A stretch of 64,000 bases of DNA, from NCBI GenBank assembly GCA_965203905.1, contig CBDBDQ010000005.1, positions 3,840,001 through 3,904,000 of the forward strand. Direction: 5' to 3'. Positions 49,551 to 59,632 of the stretch are shown here, in pieces. A program made the position numbers and the translations under genes. The stretch comes from Spirochaetia bacterium (GTDB taxonomy: Bacteria; Spirochaetota; Spirochaetia; SZUA-6; Bin103). The notes under the pieces are model-generated. The model was not told the DNA's origin and searched no databases. It worked only from the letters and a program-made list of their open reading frames with translations. Every line of letters starts with the position of its first letter. Position 1 is the stretch's first letter.

Positions 49551-51032
49551 ATGATCTTCAGACCAGACCCAACCAGGTGCCGAATGGGCGATCATTGGAT
49601 GTACGAGGGGCAGGGCCTGACTCATCTATTCTATATGAAACGTGATGTTGACGGTCGGTTTAACCGCGTCGGCCACGCGACCTCTGACGATCTGCTGCAC
49701 TGGGAGGAGCATGAGGACATCACGATCCAGCCCCGCGAAGGCGACTGGGACTACCAGAACCGCATCACCCAGACCGGCTACGTGATCGAACACGAGGACC
49801 ACTACTGGATGGCCTATGGTTCCAGGGACGTGCTGACGCAGAAAATCGGCTGGTTGGTATCGGACGACCTTTTCCACTGGAACAGGCCGAGCAGCCGGCC
49901 AGTATTGTGGCCTCAAACGGAATATTATGTGCACGAGAACCAGGAGCCGGTCGAGTACGGGTTTTGGTGGCGCGATCCCTGTTTTGTACGCACCGAGAAA
50001 GGGTGGGATGCCTTCATCTGCGCTCGCGCCAATCAAGAGCCCCCTGGTGGCCGCGGCTGTATCGGCAGAGCCAGGTCGCGGGACCTGCTGCACTGGGAGT
50101 ACCTGCCCCCCATCTATGCGCCAGGGCGTTATCGAGGCATGGAGGTGCCGGATTACTTCGAGCTCAATGGCTACCACTATTTCCTCTTCTCGACCATGTC
50201 GCGCAAGGGCATCCGCCTGAATAGCCCTAAGGGGCAGCTGACCGCCGGCGTCTATTATTGTGTGTCAGAAAGCTACGAAGGACCTTACCAGGTGCCAACG
50301 GATCACCTCCTTGTTGGACGCAATTCCTACGTCGGCCGACATTTTCGGTTCCGAGGAGAAGACCTGTTCACCCACTTGAACCAGCGCGAGCACGACGAAC
50401 CGGAGGACCGGCCAACTTTTTCTTTGCCCAAGCGATTCGGACAAAGTCCGGATGGATCGCTTTTCCTGCGGTTCTGGCCAGGGGCCGAAGCGCTGTGGGA
50501 CACTGCCGCTCAGGTGCTTCCCTCAGAGCCGATAGAGACCATGGGATTACCAGGGGAATGGGAAGTCGGCCCTACATCCGTGACAGGACGCTGTGATTAC
50601 GGCCCGTCGGTAGCCTGGATGTCCGATATCTGCCGGGATTTTCACCTGGCGTTTGACATCGAACTAACAAAGAGGTGTCGTGGTTCCGTCCTGCTGCGTG
50701 GAGAAGCAAATTCTGGCGTGATTTTTACCATCAATGACTCGGAACGCCAATATGAGATCGGTACCGCTGATGGTGTACCCAATGGTCTCTATCTCCATTT
50801 GGTGGACACGATCCCCTTCTCGGCGATGCCTCAGTTGGCTTCAGATTATGAGAGTCGCCAGTTTTCCGTGCGCCTGATTATACGACGAGAAATCGTAGAG
50901 GCGTATGTGCAGGACCAACTCATCTTCACCAGGTCATTTGGCCAGATATCCGAGACAGGACGCATTGGATTTGCCGCAGATAGCGGTGGAATCTCGGTTG
51001 TCAACCTGGAACTTAGCTCAATCGATGACTAG
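49551..51032 (+). CDS. GH32-like glycoside hydrolase
   Basis: MGDHW, GHATSDDLLHW, WRDP, MEVPD, IVEAYV. Confidence 0.8.
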   Translation: MIFRPDPTRCRMGDHWMYEGQGLTHLFYMKRDVDGRFNRVGHATSDDLLHWEEHEDITIQPREGDWDYQNRITQTGYVIEHEDHYWMAYGSRDVLTQKIGWLVSDDLFHWNRPSSRPVLWPQTEYYVHENQEPVEYGFWWRDPCFVRTEKGWDAFICARANQEPPGGRGCIGRARSRDLLHWEYLPPIYAPGRYRGMEVPDYFELNGYHYFLFSTMSRKGIRLNSPKGQLTAGVYYCVSESYEGPYQVPTDHLLVGRNSYVGRHFRFRGEDLFTHLNQREHDEPEDRPTFSLPKRFGQSPDGSLFLRFWPGAEALWDTAAQVLPSEPIETMGLPGEWEVGPTSVTGRCDYGPSVAWMSDICRDFHLAFDIELTKRCRGSVLLRGEANSGVIFTINDSERQYEIGTADGVPNGLYLHLVDTIPFSAMPQLASDYESRQFSVRLIIRREIVEAYVQDQLIFTRSFGQISETGRIGFAADSGGISVVNLELSSIDD

Positions 51033-51431
51033 ACTTCGGCTTGAACATCGCGCTCGGTGCGGAGCGCCGTCTCGTATCGGTTCTCCGGTTCTCCTGCGAA
51101 TCTGCGAGAATTCGCGGCCTGATTTCGCGGAGCAAGTTGTCGGCCAGCAGGATCCGCGCGCCGATGCGCCAGCGTCGGCAGACGCATTGACCCACCGTAC
51201 CAGCGGCCGGGGTGGCTGCGCTGCCACGATGTAGGCGAGTACCCGGCGGCAGCAGCGCGAGGCACGGGGGGCGGCATTCCGGGCCGGGGCCGCGTGACAG
51301 CGGCTGCTTGCAGGTTACACCGAGAGCGCCACCGGAGACGCGGGCTTTAGCGGTGTCCGGCCCTTGCGTCGCGGTCCTGTCAGCGGACGGGCTGTGCAAC
51401 AGAGCGCGCGGCGCTATGATCTCGGTGTGTC

Positions 51432-52787
51432 ATGAGTAACGCTGCTCCATCGCCGTTCGCGGCGCTGTTTTTGGAAGATTCGGTCCATCAGACCTGGCTC
51501 GACGTGGAGGTGGCGCTGGCCGCGGCGCAGGCTGAGCTGGGGATCATTCCGGCCGCGGCCGCGGCCGAGATCGCGGCCAAGGCGAAGTTGGAGCTGGTCG
51601 ACCGGGCTGCCTTCGCCCGTCATCTGGAGGTGACCGGGCATGCCCTGGTGTCGCTGGTGTGGCAGATCGACGCCTTGTGCGACGGCGATGCCGGCGGCTA
51701 CCTGCACTGGGGCGCCACCACCGTCAACATCACCCAGACCGCCCGTCTGCTGCTGGTGCGGCGTGCCTACCGGCTGATGCAGGGCGAGCTGGCAACGCTG
51801 TTGCGGCACCTCGCGGACCACGCCGACGCGGCCAGCGACTACGCCATGGCCGGGCGTACCCACGGCCAGCACGCGTTGCCGATCACCTTCGGCCTCAAGG
51901 TGGCCACCTGGATCGACGAGTTGCTGCGTCACGAGGAGCGCCTGCGCCAGCTTGAGCCGCGCACGTTCCGCGCGATGTACGGCGGCGGGGTCGGTACCGT
52001 GGCGGCGCTCGACGACCGCGGACCGGAGTTGCAGCACCGCTTGGCCGAGCGTCTGGAGATGGCGCCGATGGAGCTGCCGGCGCGCACCGCGCGCGACCAT
52101 CTCGCCGAGTACGTGACCACCCTGGCGCTGCTGTGCGGGACGCTGGCGCGGATGGCGCGCGAAGTCTACACGCTGATGAAGCCGGAGTACGGCGAGGTGG
52201 AGGAAGCGGTGCCGGCGGGTGCGGTCGGCAGCAGCACCATGCCGCAGAAGCGCAACCCCAAGCTGTGCATGCTGGTGCTGCAGCTCACTGCGCGGGTGCG
52301 CGCGCAGGTGGCGCCGGCGCTGGAGTCGCTCGCCGCCGAGCACGAGGAGGACGGCAGCCAGTACCAGGTTATGGAACACGCCCTGACCGACGCGGTGGTG
52401 GCGGCGGGCGAGGCGCTACAGGCCACCGCGGCGCTGGCCGGCGGCCTGCGCCTGGACCGGGAGCGGATGCGGCGCAACCTGGACCTGACGCGCGGCCTGA
52501 TCGTGTCCGAGCGGGTGATGCTGGCGCTCGGCGAGCACGTCGGCCGCCAGCACGCCCACGATCTGGTGTACGAGGCGGCGCAGCGCGCCCACGCAAAGGG
52601 CACCGCGTTCGCGGCCGAGTTGCGGGAGCTGCCTGAGGTGGCGGCCAACCTGAGTCCGGAGCAACTGGCGGAACTGCTGGACGCGAGCCGCTACGTGGGC
52701 CTGTCCGCCGACTTCGCCCGCGATGCGGCGGCCGCGGCACGAGCGGCCGCCGCCCGGCTTGCGCCAGCCGTGCAGGCCGGAAGTTGA
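51432..52787 (+). CDS. Adenylosuccinate lyase / 3-carboxymuconate cycloisomerase family
   Basis: HWGAT, GRTHGQHA, GSSTMPQKRNP. Confidence 0.9.
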   Translation: MSNAAPSPFAALFLEDSVHQTWLDVEVALAAAQAELGIIPAAAAAEIAAKAKLELVDRAAFARHLEVTGHALVSLVWQIDALCDGDAGGYLHWGATTVNITQTARLLLVRRAYRLMQGELATLLRHLADHADAASDYAMAGRTHGQHALPITFGLKVATWIDELLRHEERLRQLEPRTFRAMYGGGVGTVAALDDRGPELQHRLAERLEMAPMELPARTARDHLAEYVTTLALLCGTLARMAREVYTLMKPEYGEVEEAVPAGAVGSSTMPQKRNPKLCMLVLQLTARVRAQVAPALESLAAEHEEDGSQYQVMEHALTDAVVAAGEALQATAALAGGLRLDRERMRRNLDLTRGLIVSERVMLALGEHVGRQHAHDLVYEAAQRAHAKGTAFAAELRELPEVAANLSPEQLAELLDASRYVGLSADFARDAAAAARAAAARLAPAVQAGS

Positions 52788-52847
52788 GCAGGGGCGCAGG
52801 GCGGCGCGGCCGGGAGCTGAACCGCGGCGCCCGGCAGGCGCCTTGGC

Positions 52848-54110
52848 TCAGGCCGGGAGCTGGATCGCCGCGTAGGGGTAGACGGCGGCCTTGGCACCCT
52901 GCGGGAAGCGTGCCGTGAGGTGGGTCAGCACCTCGCTCCAGTTGGCGCACGGCACCACGTTGCCGCCGGGGCCGTACACGTCGAGGTCGGTGCGTGACTG
53001 GTAGCGTGAGCACACCAGGAGCTGCCCCGCCTTCTGGATCGGGCACTGCTCGGCCGGAGACCAGATCTTGCCGCCGTAGTCGCTGCCGAAGCGACCGCCC
53101 AGGTAGTGCGGCGCCTGGCCCTCGACGCTCTCGCAGACCACCACGGCGACGCCGCCTTCCTTGAGTGACAGGTCGGGCGGCCAGATGCCCTTCGCCGCCT
53201 GGTTCTCTATCGGGTAGGTGTTGGTCACCACCACATCGCAGTCTTCGGCCAGGGGCGTGGCGTACAAGCGCTGCGCGGCGGCGACCCCGGCGCGGTGCTG
53301 CTCCACGAACTGGCCCGCGAACACCTGCACCACCTCGCGCCACGGGTTGATCAGCAGGTCGACCTTGAAGTCCAGCCCCACCAGCGTGACTGCCTCTTCC
53401 AGGTCCTGGCGGATCACGCTGTCCTCGATGTTGCCCAGCAGGTGGGTCCCGCGGGCCGTGTCCTCGCCGTGGGCCTTGGTGGTGCGGCGGCCGAGGACGC
53501 GGTGGTTGTGGTCCACGGTGGCGATGCCGGCGACGCCCGGCACCAGCAGCTTGGCGCCGCCGCCGAATCCCGCCGAGCGATGCGGTATCAGGCCGCCGAT
53601 GCCGATCCGCAGGTCGCACGCCATCACCTCGCGGTTGATCTCAACCCGGGTGCCGCGGCTGGTGGTGCCCACCTCCACCAGGTGCTCGAACGGGTTGTGG
53701 TTGTAGACCCGGTAGCGGCGCACCACGTCGGCGCCCAGCTTCTTGATGAAGTCCTCCAGCGACATCGCCGCGTGATTGGCGAAGGCTCCGATCAGCCGGA
53801 TCCGGTCCTCCTCCAGGCCGGCGGCGTGCAGCTCGGCAAGCACCAGCGGCAGGATGCGCCAGGTCGGGGCCGGCCGCGTGAGGTCGTCGAACAGGATCAC
53901 CGCCTGCTTGCGGCCGCGCGCCAGCTCGCGCAACGGCGGCGTGCCCAGCGGGCTCTGCAGTTGCGCCAGGAGCTGATCGTCGTCCAGGGCGGGAGTGTCG
54001 TGCCCCGCCATGCGGCACTCCTGGACCTGCCACGTCGACGGGAACTGCAACTCCATCTCACGGTCGCCGTACCAGGCGTGGGTGGGTATCCGGATCGTCG
54101 TGCTTGCCAT
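52848..54110 (-). CDS. Lactate racemase LarA-domain (nickel pincer) protein
   Basis: DDLTRP, PH..AGFGGGAK..PG. Confidence 0.85.
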   Translation of the reverse strand: MASTTIRIPTHAWYGDREMELQFPSTWQVQECRMAGHDTPALDDDQLLAQLQSPLGTPPLRELARGRKQAVILFDDLTRPAPTWRILPLVLAELHAAGLEEDRIRLIGAFANHAAMSLEDFIKKLGADVVRRYRVYNHNPFEHLVEVGTTSRGTRVEINREVMACDLRIGIGGLIPHRSAGFGGGAKLLVPGVAGIATVDHNHRVLGRRTTKAHGEDTARGTHLLGNIEDSVIRQDLEEAVTLVGLDFKVDLLINPWREVVQVFAGQFVEQHRAGVAAAQRLYATPLAEDCDVVVTNTYPIENQAAKGIWPPDLSLKEGGVAVVVCESVEGQAPHYLGGRFGSDYGGKIWSPAEQCPIQKAGQLLVCSRYQSRTDLDVYGPGGNVVPCANWSEVLTHLTARFPQGAKAAVYPYAAIQLPA

Positions 54111-54166
54111 GACGCCTGCAGTGTGCGCCAGGATCGCGATTATGGCGAGCCCGCGTTACCGATCGG

Positions 54167-55981
54167 TCAAGGGCTGAGCTCCGCGGGCGGCACTGCTGGG
54201 GAGGCGCGGCCTGCCGCTGCCCACGCCAGGAAGCGGTCCGCCGGCCAGGTGTTGGCGATGCGGTCCCGGTCCACCCAGCCGCGCTGCGCCTGCAATACGC
54301 CCCACCGCAGCCGGTCGAAGTCGGAGACGTGGTGGGCGTCCGAGTTGACCAGGATGCCCACGTTCCGGGAACGTGCCCGCCGCAGCACGTCGTCGCTCGC
54401 GTCCAGCCGGTTCAGGCCGCCGTTGATCTCGATGGCGGTGCCGGTGCGCTCCGCCGCCGCCAGCACCGCGTCCAGGTCCAGCTCGATGCCGGGCCGGCGG
54501 CCGATCATGCGTCCGCTGAGGTGGCCGATGGCGTTCACCGAGGGATCTTCCATGGCGCGGATGATGCGCCGGGTCTGGGCGGCGCGGTCCAGCTCGAACG
54601 CGGAATGCACCGCCGCCACGCACCAGTCGAACGAGGCACGGAAGGCGTCGTCGTAGTCCAGGCCGCCGTCGGGACCGATGTTCAGCTCCACGCCGTGCAG
54701 CAGGCGCAGGCCGCCGTGCACGCCGTCGAGGGCACGCAGCTCGGCACGCTGCGCGAGCAACCGCTCGCGGCTTACCCCGTTCAGGCCCAGGTCCTCGCCG
54801 TGATCGGTGACCGCGAGATAGGAGAGGCCGCGGTCCACCGCCGCCGCGGCCATCTCGGCCAGTGTGCTGCGGCCGTCGCCGGAGGCGTCGGTGTGCAGGT
54901 GCAGATCGCCGCGCAGGTCTCCCAGCACCGGCGTCGCCGGCAGCTCGCCGCGCGCGGCCGCCTCGATTTCGCCGCGGTCCTCGCGCAACGGCGGCGGGAT
55001 CGGCGGCAGGTCCAGCGCGGCGTAGATCTCCCGTTCCGTGGCGGCGGCAATCAGCGCTCCGTGCTCGTCCCACAGCCCGTATTCGTTGAGCCGCCAGCCG
55101 CGGGCGCCGGCAAGCCCGCGCAGCTTGATGTTGTGCGCCTGCGAGCCGGTGAAGTACAGCGCCGCGGCTCCGAACTGGTCCAGGGTCACCACGCGCAGGT
55201 CCACCTGCAGGCCACGACCGGTCAGCCGGGTGGCGCGCGTGTCGCCGCCCGAGGCGGTGTTCTCCCCGGCGCTGCGCAGCAGCGGCAGCGCCGCGAAGTG
55301 CTCCATCACCGGTCGCGCATCGGTGGCGGCCACCAGCAGGTCCAGGTCGGCTATGGTGGGCCGCAGCCGCCGCAGGCTGCCGCAGTAGCACACCCGCTCC
55401 ACCGCCGGCACCTCGGCCAGCGTTGCTACCAGCAGTCGCGCATCCGGCAGCACCTGGGCGATCGGCAGCCGCAACTCCTTGCCGGCAGTGCCGATCCGGC
55501 GCAGGCCGCGGATCAGCGCCTGCTCGGTCCTGGCGCCCAGGCCGGGCAGGTCGCGCACCGCGTGCTGCTCCAGCGCGGCCTGCAACTGGTCGAGGTTCTC
55601 GATGCCCAGCTCCGCCCGCAGCCGCGCCAGGGTCTTGGGACCGAGCCCCGGCACCGCGGCGAGCTGCTGCACTGCCGGCGGAAACCGCTCGCGGAGCTGC
55701 TCCAGCTTGGCGATGCGGCCGCTGGCGAAGAACTCCCGCACCTTGCGCGCGATCGCCTTGCCGACGCCGTCCAACCGCAGCAACTCCGCCTCGGACAGAG
55801 CCGCCAGGTCCTGCGGCGCGTCACGCAGCCGGCGCAGCGCGCGGTCGTAGGCGCGGGCGCGGAACGACTGCGCGCTGGCGTCGTCCAGGATGGTCAGACG
55901 GTGCAGTTCCGCGAGCTGGGCCAGCAGCTCCTGCACCTGCAGCCGCCTCTCGGGAGGCGCTGGCTCCAGGTTCCCGGCCAT
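54167..55981 (-). CDS. polX: DNA polymerase X with PHP domain
   Basis: FRARAY, HhH GVGK and GLGPK, GSLRR..IADLD, QVDLR, YFTGS, PHP motifs HLHT, TDH, NSDAH. Confidence 0.93.
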   Translation of the reverse strand: MAGNLEPAPPERRLQVQELLAQLAELHRLTILDDASAQSFRARAYDRALRRLRDAPQDLAALSEAELLRLDGVGKAIARKVREFFASGRIAKLEQLRERFPPAVQQLAAVPGLGPKTLARLRAELGIENLDQLQAALEQHAVRDLPGLGARTEQALIRGLRRIGTAGKELRLPIAQVLPDARLLVATLAEVPAVERVCYCGSLRRLRPTIADLDLLVAATDARPVMEHFAALPLLRSAGENTASGGDTRATRLTGRGLQVDLRVVTLDQFGAAALYFTGSQAHNIKLRGLAGARGWRLNEYGLWDEHGALIAAATEREIYAALDLPPIPPPLREDRGEIEAAARGELPATPVLGDLRGDLHLHTDASGDGRSTLAEMAAAAVDRGLSYLAVTDHGEDLGLNGVSRERLLAQRAELRALDGVHGGLRLLHGVELNIGPDGGLDYDDAFRASFDWCVAAVHSAFELDRAAQTRRIIRAMEDPSVNAIGHLSGRMIGRRPGIELDLDAVLAAAERTGTAIEINGGLNRLDASDDVLRRARSRNVGILVNSDAHHVSDFDRLRWGVLQAQRGWVDRDRIANTWPADRFLAWAAAGRASPAVPPAELSP

Positions 55982-56106
55982 GCGGCAACCATAGGAGCTT
56001 GCCGGCCCACCGACAAGCTCCGCCCATCGCAAGCGGAGGAGCACCGGCGCGCGGTCCGGCTTGCGCCGCGGCTCGCGGGTGCCGAAACTGGAGAGGGGAG
56101 CGACGC

Positions 56107-57552
56107 GTGAGTGCCAAGGCCGCAGCGGAGATTCTAAGCGTGGACGGGCGTGAGGTGCGGGTCACCAATCCCGGCAAGGTGTACTTCCCCGAGGCCGGCA
56201 TCACCAAGCTCGACCTGGTCCACTACTACCTGGCCGTGGCCGACGGCGCGTTGCGCGCCATCGGCCGCCGCCCGCTGGTGCTGAAGCGCTACGTGGACGG
56301 CATCACCGGCGAGGGCTTCTTCCAGAAGCGGGCGCCGGCGAAGCGGCCCGACTGGGTGCAGACGGTGGAGCTGAGCTTTCCTTCCGGCCGCACCGCGCAC
56401 GAGCTGGTGGTGACCGAGCGCGCGCAACTGGTGTGGATCACCAACCTCGGAAACATCGACCTGCACGCGCATCCGGTGCGGGCCGACGATCTGGATCATC
56501 CCGACGAGCTGCGCGTGGATCTGGACCCGGGGCCAGGCGTGTCGTGGCAGACCGTGCGCGACATGGCGCTGCTGGTGCGCGAGGTGCTCGCCGAGCACGG
56601 GCTGGCCGGGTGGCCCAAGACCACCGGGTCGCGCGGCCTGCACGTCTACGTGCGGATCCGGCAGCAGTGGGGGTTTGCCGAGGTGCGGCGCGCGGCGCTG
56701 GCCGTGTCGCGCGAAGTGGAGCGGCGCGCGCCGGGCCTGGCGACCAGCAAGTGGTGGAAGGAGGAGCGGGTCGGGGTGTTCCTGGACTACAACCAGAACG
56801 CCAAGGACCGCACCATCGCCGCGGCCTACTCGGTGCGGCCGCTGCCGGACGCGCGGGTATCGGCGCCGCTGGCGTGGGAGGAGGTGCCCGACTGCGAGCC
56901 GGCCGACTTCACGCTGCACACCATGCCGGCGCGCCTTGCCGGCCGCGGCGACCTGGCCTCCGGGATGGACGCCGCGGCCGGCAGTCTCGACGGCCTGCTG
57001 GACCTGGCGGCGCGCCACGAGGCGGAAGGTCTGGGCGGCGATGCGCCCTGGCCGCCCCACTTCCGGCGCCGGCGCGGAGAACCGCGCCGGGTGGCGCCGT
57101 CTCGCGCCCGTGGTTCCCCAAGCAGCGAGCCGGCGGCCGGCTCCGACCGGGCCGGTGCCGCGACGCCGGCAGCAACGGAGCCGTCCGGCGCCGCGGAGGT
57201 CGCGTCAGACGCGGCCGCTGCCGCGGACGCAGCGACGGATCGCGTGCCGGGCGCCCGCGGCGCGGGCGCATCCGCGACCGGCCGGCGCCGCTCCACCATG
57301 CCGCTGGTGGTGGTCGCCAAGGCACGCACCGAGGCGGACGCGCAGGCCGGCCTGGAGCGCTGGCGGCGGCGCCACCCGCGGGCGGCCTCGTACCTGCAGG
57401 CCGCCGACGTGCTGGTGGATGCCATGCGCGGCCGCTCCTCCACCTGGACCAGGATACGGGTGAACCTGCGCCATGTTCCGGCGGCGGAGCGGCCGCCGGC
57501 CGAAGCGCCCGATCCCGACTACGATCCGTGGCGGGACAGGGCGGCGCGATGA
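56107..57552 (+). CDS. Stand-alone LigD-type primase-polymerase (Prim-PolC/PolD-like)
   Basis: VTNPGKVYFP, FFQKRAP, RVDLDP, TGSRGLH, FLDYNQN, AYSVRP; C-terminal extension after an Ala/Pro linker. Confidence 0.9.
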   Translation: MSAKAAAEILSVDGREVRVTNPGKVYFPEAGITKLDLVHYYLAVADGALRAIGRRPLVLKRYVDGITGEGFFQKRAPAKRPDWVQTVELSFPSGRTAHELVVTERAQLVWITNLGNIDLHAHPVRADDLDHPDELRVDLDPGPGVSWQTVRDMALLVREVLAEHGLAGWPKTTGSRGLHVYVRIRQQWGFAEVRRAALAVSREVERRAPGLATSKWWKEERVGVFLDYNQNAKDRTIAAAYSVRPLPDARVSAPLAWEEVPDCEPADFTLHTMPARLAGRGDLASGMDAAAGSLDGLLDLAARHEAEGLGGDAPWPPHFRRRRGEPRRVAPSRARGSPSSEPAAGSDRAGAATPAATEPSGAAEVASDAAAAADAATDRVPGARGAGASATGRRRSTMPLVVVAKARTEADAQAGLERWRRRHPRAASYLQAADVLVDAMRGRSSTWTRIRVNLRHVPAAERPPAEAPDPDYDPWRDRAAR

Positions 57553-58292
57553 GCCGGGAACCGATCTTTCGCGACGTCGAGCTTGGCGCGCCGGAGCGTG
57601 CAGCCTTGGATCGGGACGGACACGTGGCGTTTCCCGGGCTGCTGACCGACGACGCCTGCCGCCGGCTGGCATGTTCGCTCGACTACATCGACTCGATCCG
57701 GGCGCACGGCAGCCCGGGCCACGAGCCCAGCCGCTTCGCGGCTGAATACGACTGGTACCTGGAGAACCTGATCGGTCACCCGCAGCTGCTGGGCATGGCC
57801 CGCGCCATCCTGGGGCGGGAGATTCGATACGACCACTGCGTGACGCTCAATCGTGCCGGCGGCAACTCCGGCATCACCTGGCACACGCACGGCTACGCCG
57901 CGGATGATCCGGCGCTCGGCTTCATTCGTATTTTCTTCTACGTGACCGGGTTCGCTGCCGGCAACGGGGGCCTCAAGGTGGTGCCGGGAAGTCACCTGTT
58001 TCGCGAGCAACTGCGCGACCTGACCGACCGGGAGCTGCACGACCGCTGGCTCGCCGGACGCCGCCACCCAATGACCGGAGAAGTGCTCCAGGTTCAGGAA
58101 CTCAGCGTGCCGCCGGGAACCGTCATCGTCATGTGGACCTATGCGCTGCACGCGGTGACCGCGCGCCGGCCCGGCAGCCGCGTGCGGCAGTGCGTCGTGT
58201 ACGCCTACCGCAACCCGGGTCAACCTTCGGCGGCGCGCTGGATCTCCGCGGACTACGAAAGCGCCGCGTCCGCGGCGCCGAGGGTCTGCTGA
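57549..58292 (+). CDS. PhyH-like dioxygenase with HxH motif
   Basis: DGHVAFPGLL, WHTH, NGGLKVVPGSH, LHAV; ATGA overlap with Prim-Pol. Confidence 0.8.
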   Translation: MSREPIFRDVELGAPERAALDRDGHVAFPGLLTDDACRRLACSLDYIDSIRAHGSPGHEPSRFAAEYDWYLENLIGHPQLLGMARAILGREIRYDHCVTLNRAGGNSGITWHTHGYAADDPALGFIRIFFYVTGFAAGNGGLKVVPGSHLFREQLRDLTDRELHDRWLAGRRHPMTGEVLQVQELSVPPGTVIVMWTYALHAVTARRPGSRVRQCVVYAYRNPGQPSAARWISADYESAASAAPRVC

Positions 58293-58496
58293 GTGTTTTC
58301 TGAAGCGGCGGGGAGCGGCCGTGCTCGCTCGTACGGCGCGTCGCATTGCCGGCAGTCGCAGCCCGTCCCCCCGGCGGGCTGAACTCACGCCGAGCGGCCG
58401 GTTCGCCCCCACCTCGCGCAGCGCGGAGCGCACCGCGGTGAGGTAGGTCCGGCTCACCGGGACCTCATGGCGGGTGGTGAGCCGCAGAACGCCGGC

Positions 58497-59600
58497 TCAG
58501 GCAGACCCGAAGATGCGCTGCAGCTCATAGGGTGGGGTGACCTCGAGTTGGTCGTAGGTGCATTCCGCCGCCGACTTGTCGGGGCGCCAGCGCAGGAACT
58601 GGGCGGTGTGGCGCAGGCGCGTCCCCTGCATGTGGTCGTAGCTCACCTCGACCACCAGCTCCGGCCGCAGCGGCACCCAGCTCAGGTCCTTGCCGCTGCT
58701 CCAGCGGCTGGCGCCTCCCGGAACCCGCAACCCGGGCGTGGGCGGGGGCTGCCCGGTGCCCGTGGGGGCCGTGGCGGCCGCCGTGGCGGCGCTGATCCAG
58801 TCGTGCCAGGGGTGGGTCTCGTCCACCTCCCGGTACGGACTGAGCTCTTCCACCAGGGCGCGCCGGCGCGCGGCGCTGAAGCTGCCGACCACGCCGATGT
58901 GATTCAGGCGGCCGCGACGGTCGAACAGCCCCAGGAGCAGCGATCCGACCCGTTGCTCCGGAGCTCCCTTGTGCCAGCGCAGGCCGGCGACGACGCAGTC
59001 CGCCGTGCGCCGGTGCTTGACCTTGAGCATGGTGCGCTTGCCCGGCTGGTAGATGCCGGCCCTGTCCTTCGCCATTACTCCGTCCAGTCCGGCGCCCTCG
59101 AAGCGCTCGAACCAGTCGCCGGCGCGGTCGCGGTCAGCGGTGATCGGCGTCAGGTGCAGTGGTGGCCGTGCGGCGCTCAACACCTGCTCCAGGTGGGCCC
59201 GGCGGTCGGCGAACGGGACGCCCGTCAGGTCGCGCTCCGCCAGGCACAGCAGGTCCCACGCCACCAGGGACGCCGGCGTCCTCGCCGCGAGCATGGCGAC
59301 CCGCGACGCCGCGGGGTGGATGCGGAGCTGCAGCGACTCGAACTCCAGGCCCTCGGCGCCGGCGATCACCAGCTCGCCGTCCACGACGCAGCGCTCCGGG
59401 AGCTGCTCCAGCAACGGCTCGACCAGCTCGGGAAAGTAGCGGTTCAACGGTTTCAGGTCGCGGCTCTGCAGCAGCAGATCGGGGCCATTGCGGAACACCA
59501 GGGTACGAAAGCCGTCCCACTTGGGCTCGAACAGCCAGTGCTCGCCGGCCGGCAGCGCGGCGACCCGCTTGGCCAGCATCGGCCGCAGCGGCGCTGTCAC
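58497..59600 (-). CDS. ligC: ATP-dependent DNA ligase, LigC type
   Basis: PMLAK, EPKWDGFR, DGELV, DGVMAK, KVKH, RWRPDK...CTYDQL; start uncertain. Confidence 0.9.
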   Translation of the reverse strand: MTAPLRPMLAKRVAALPAGEHWLFEPKWDGFRTLVFRNGPDLLLQSRDLKPLNRYFPELVEPLLEQLPERCVVDGELVIAGAEGLEFESLQLRIHPAASRVAMLAARTPASLVAWDLLCLAERDLTGVPFADRRAHLEQVLSAARPPLHLTPITADRDRAGDWFERFEGAGLDGVMAKDRAGIYQPGKRTMLKVKHRRTADCVVAGLRWHKGAPEQRVGSLLLGLFDRRGRLNHIGVVGSFSAARRRALVEELSPYREVDETHPWHDWISAATAAATAPTGTGQPPPTPGLRVPGGASRWSSGKDLSWVPLRPELVVEVSYDHMQGTRLRHTAQFLRWRPDKSAAECTYDQLEVTPPYELQRIFGSA

Positions 59601-59632
59601 GGCGAGCGGCGGAGACTCGTGCGACTTCGTGG

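Noticed and set aside
51033-51431. Short ORFs at the right border of the lower-GC island
   Set aside because: No recognisable motif, att site or terminal repeat
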